Assembly (NCBI GenBank): GCA_963766465.1
Contig: CAVXZT010000014.1
Span: 464,370 to 528,369, forward strand
DNA length: 64,000 nucleotides
Reading direction: 5' to 3'
Source: an uncultured Actinomycetota bacterium
GTDB taxonomy: Bacteria; Actinomycetota; Actinomycetes; Mycobacteriales; Mycobacteriaceae
Shown one piece after another: positions 60,980 to 64,000 of the stretch (positions are counted from its first letter, which is position 1; every line of letters starts with the position of its first letter). The translations under genes and the position numbers were made by a program. The notes under the pieces were generated by a model. The model did no database searches, was not told the origin of the DNA, and saw nothing but the letters and a program-made list of their open reading frames with translations.

Positions 60980-63214
60980 GTGGCATCGCTGACCGACCCG
61001 CTCGACTACGTCCTCGGCAAGAAGGCCGCCGGTCCGCTCGCGGAACACTTCGGCATTCGCACCGTCAACGACCTGCTGCGCCACTACCCGCGCAAGTACA
61101 GCGACGGCATGACGGTGCTTGGTGAGGGCGAGGAGCTCGAAGAAGGCGAACACGTCACCTTCGTCGACGTCATCACCGGCACCAAAGTCGGTGACATGAA
61201 GCCGCGGTTCGACCCCAAGACCAAGAAGATGAAGAAGCCCAAGTGGCTGCGCATCACGCTAGGGCATCGACGGCCCGACGTCACCGCCACGTTCTTCAAT
61301 GCGGGCTGGATGGTCGACAACCTACCCGAGGACACGCGTTTGATGTTGTCCGGCGAAGTCAAATACTTCCGGGGCACACTTCAATTGAGTCATCCGGCGT
61401 TTCTGGTTCTCGAGTCGCCGATTGGAAAGCAAATCGGCACCAAGTCGCTGAAAACCATCGCATCGACGTCGGGAGCAACCGGTGACGAGCTGCTGTCGGT
61501 GTTCGAACGGGATTTCTTCCCGATCTACTCGGCGAACGCGAAACTGCAGAGCTGGGACATCTACGCGTGCGTGCGTCAGGTACTCGACGTGCTCGACCCG
61601 ATCGATGAGCCGCTGCCGAAATCTATTGTGCAGCAGCGGAATCTGATCACCGAAGACGAAGCGCTCCGCGCGATCCACCTGGCAGAGAACACCGCTGAGC
61701 GCGAGCGCGCCCAGGCCCGGCTGACGTTTGACGAGGCGGTCGGGCTGCAGTGGGCGTTGGTGGGGCGGCGATACAGCGAACTGAGCGAATCGGGTCCCGT
61801 TGCGCGGCCCGAAAACGACGGCCTCCTGAGCGCGATGCGTACGCAGCTGCCGTTCGAATTGACCGATGGCCAAAAGGAAGTGCTCGACGTGTTATCGGCC
61901 GAACTCTCAGAGAGCCGGCCGATGAACCGCATGCTTCAGGGCGAGGTCGGCTCGGGCAAGACGATCGTTTCGGTGCTGGCAATGCTGCAGATGATCGACG
62001 CCGGATACCAATGCGCGCTGCTGGCGCCGACGGAAGTCCTTGCCGCCCAGCATGCTCGATCCATCCGCGATGTCCTCGGGTCGTTGGCGATGGCTGGTCA
62101 GCTTGGTGGCGCCGAGGGCGCGACGCGTGTTGCGCTGCTGACCGGGTCGATGTCGGCCCAGCAGAAGCGCGAGGTGCGCGACGAAGTCGCGACTGGCGAT
62201 GCAGGCATCGTCATCGGCACGCACGCACTGCTGCAGGAGGCCGTCGAGTTTCACAACCTGGGCATGGTCGTCGTCGACGAGCAGCACCGATTCGGTGTCG
62301 AGCAGCGAGATACGCTGCGCGCCAAGGCTCCCAAGGGGCTAACGCCACATCTGTTGGTGATGACCGCCACGCCTATTCCGCGCACCGTCGCGCTGACCGT
62401 CTACGGTGATCTCGAGACGTCCACACTGCGCGAACTGCCTCGCGGCCGTCAACCGATCACCACCAACACAATCTTCGTCAAAGAGAAGCCTGCGTGGCTG
62501 CAGCGGGCCTGGCAGCGCATCATCGAAGAGGTCGGCGCCGGCCGACAGGCATACCTCGTGGCATCGCGCATCGACGAGAGCGACAAGCCCGCAAAGGACG
62601 ACCAAGGTCCGCCGCCAACCACAGTGGTGGCGCTCATCGAACAGTTGCGCAAAGGTGCCCTCTCTGGGCTACGCCTTGGCTTGATGCACGGTCGGCTGCC
62701 GAGCGATGAGAAGGACGCCGTAATGGCGGAGTTCCGCGCTGGCCAGATCGATGTCCTGGTGTGCACCACCGTGATCGAAGTCGGCGTGGATGTGCCGAAC
62801 GCGACGGTGATGGTTGTGGTGGACGCTGACCGGTTTGGCATCAGTCAGTTGCACCAGCTCCGGGGCCGCATTGGCCGCGGCCAGCACCCGAGTCTCTGCT
62901 TGCTGGCCACCCAGTTGCCGGCAGGATCCAAAGCAGGGGAGCGACTCAAGGCCGTCGCGAGCACGCTGGACGGCTTCAAGCTCGCAGACCTCGATTTGCA
63001 GGAGCGCAAAGAGGGAGATGTGTTGGGACTCAGCCAATCCGGCAGGCCGATCACGCTCCGATTCCTATCGCTGTCTGAACACCTCGAGATCATTCTGACC
63101 GCGCGTCAGCTCTGCGAGGAAGTCTATGAGAAGAACCCCGCGAATCCGGGAATGGCCGTTCTTGCGGCACAATTCATCGATACCGACCGCGTCGAGTACC
63201 TGGACAAGGCATGA
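60980..63214 (+). CDS. recG: ATP-dependent DNA helicase RecG
   Basis: QGEVGSGKT, DEQHRFG, MTATPIPR, TTVIEVGVDVPNA, QLHQLRGRIGRG. Confidence 0.98.
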   Translation: MASLTDPLDYVLGKKAAGPLAEHFGIRTVNDLLRHYPRKYSDGMTVLGEGEELEEGEHVTFVDVITGTKVGDMKPRFDPKTKKMKKPKWLRITLGHRRPDVTATFFNAGWMVDNLPEDTRLMLSGEVKYFRGTLQLSHPAFLVLESPIGKQIGTKSLKTIASTSGATGDELLSVFERDFFPIYSANAKLQSWDIYACVRQVLDVLDPIDEPLPKSIVQQRNLITEDEALRAIHLAENTAERERAQARLTFDEAVGLQWALVGRRYSELSESGPVARPENDGLLSAMRTQLPFELTDGQKEVLDVLSAELSESRPMNRMLQGEVGSGKTIVSVLAMLQMIDAGYQCALLAPTEVLAAQHARSIRDVLGSLAMAGQLGGAEGATRVALLTGSMSAQQKREVRDEVATGDAGIVIGTHALLQEAVEFHNLGMVVVDEQHRFGVEQRDTLRAKAPKGLTPHLLVMTATPIPRTVALTVYGDLETSTLRELPRGRQPITTNTIFVKEKPAWLQRAWQRIIEEVGAGRQAYLVASRIDESDKPAKDDQGPPPTTVVALIEQLRKGALSGLRLGLMHGRLPSDEKDAVMAEFRAGQIDVLVCTTVIEVGVDVPNATVMVVVDADRFGISQLHQLRGRIGRGQHPSLCLLATQLPAGSKAGERLKAVASTLDGFKLADLDLQERKEGDVLGLSQSGRPITLRFLSLSEHLEIILTARQLCEEVYEKNPANPGMAVLAAQFIDTDRVEYLDKA

Positions 63215-63918
63215 GCCGCAACCGGTTTCTGTGGCTGGCGATCTCAGTCGCAGTGGCCGTGATCGTCGCATTTCAGGTCGTCGGGTCGTCGGGCGACCGG
63301 GCTCAGTTCATCGCCCAGGCCGACATCCCCACCGTCGCACCGGGTGTCGACGTGCTGGCGGGCATCGCTGAAGTGCCTGTCCGGATCCGAGGCCACGACT
63401 ACCGCAGGGATGCGTTCGGCGACACTTGGACCGACGACAACCCTGCCCCCGGCGGCCACAACGGCTGCGACACTCGAAATGACATCCTCGACCGCGACCT
63501 CGTCGACAAGACGTATGTGTCAATCAAGCGGTGTCCCAACGCCGTTGCGACCGGAACGCTCCATGACCCGTACACCAACGCCACCGTGCCGTTCATGCGC
63601 GGCGCCCAGGTAGGCGCGGCGGTGCAGATCGACCACATCGTGGCGCTCGCGCTGGCGTGGGATCTCGGTGCCCGCAACTGGCCCGAAGAGGTGCGGCTGC
63701 GGTTCGCCAACGATCCGGCCAACCTGATCGCTGTCGACGGCCCCGCGAATCAGGACAAGGGTGACAAGGAGCCGGCGACGTGGATGCCGCCGAACGCGGC
63801 GTTCCGGTGCCAGTACGCGATGCAATTCATCGCCGTGCTGCGCGGCTACGCGCTGCCTGTCGATGCGCCGTCGGCGACGGTGCTGCGCGACGCGGCTGCC
63901 ACTTGTCCGACCGGTTAA
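63211..63918 (+). CDS. Membrane-anchored HNH/DUF1524 family nuclease-like protein (Rv2972c-like)
   Basis: N-terminal TM, GCDTRNDILDRDL, QIDHIVAL, ANDPANL, ANQDKGD. Confidence 0.87.
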   Translation: MSRNRFLWLAISVAVAVIVAFQVVGSSGDRAQFIAQADIPTVAPGVDVLAGIAEVPVRIRGHDYRRDAFGDTWTDDNPAPGGHNGCDTRNDILDRDLVDKTYVSIKRCPNAVATGTLHDPYTNATVPFMRGAQVGAAVQIDHIVALALAWDLGARNWPEEVRLRFANDPANLIAVDGPANQDKGDKEPATWMPPNAAFRCQYAMQFIAVLRGYALPVDAPSATVLRDAAATCPTG

Positions 63919-64000
63919 GTGCCCGTGTAGGTTTCCGGGTCCGGCCGGAACCGTGTGCCTTCGTCCAGACCGCTGAGCGCGGACATCTCGTCGTCGGTCA
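63915..64000 (-). CDS. 3' end of a probable aldo/keto reductase (Rv2971-like), partial
   Basis: LTDDEMSALSGLDEGTRFRPDPETYTGT-stop, matching an AKR C-terminus and the expected synteny. Confidence 0.65.
   Translation of the reverse strand, partial: TDDEMSALSGLDEGTRFRPDPETYTGT

Overview
High-GC actinobacterial DNA, almost certainly a rapidly growing mycobacterium (Mycolicibacterium-like), judged from gene order recalled for the M. tuberculosis Rv3031-Rv2971 region. The core order is GH57/methyltransferase, fixAB, acyltransferase pair, iscS-mnmA, ligA, gatCA-pfkA-gatB, ilvBNC, serA-leuB, gltX, tRNA-Gln/tRNA-Glu, IclR-leuCD, hupB, mutT1-ppk1, cofC, gpsA, ddl, thiL-ung, rpmB, DAK2-recG. Sequence quality follows a gradient: 1-7 kb is heavily garbled, 8-29 kb has scattered single-base indels even in essential genes, and 29-64 kb is essentially clean. 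The left-hand frameshifts are therefore treated as sequencing or assembly errors. The standout accessory feature is a lone, long (~570 aa) TnpB with an intact RuvC D-E-D triad in an IS200/IS605-type element (~17927-19823). Its right end abuts the -10 box of the leaderless gatC promoter, so the predicted RNA guide is the gatC promoter and start codon. Other observations: a shared IclR-type operator at leuC and the FAH/MFS divergon, tandem operators for ArsR and TetR modules, a SigF-type promoter on a Cys-rich metal-binding gene, a probable true glycoside hydrolase pseudogene after tRNA-Glu, REP-like palindromes and a 27-bp VNTR in hupB. No CRISPR array or integrase was seen. All calls are from reading the sequence; no searches were run.
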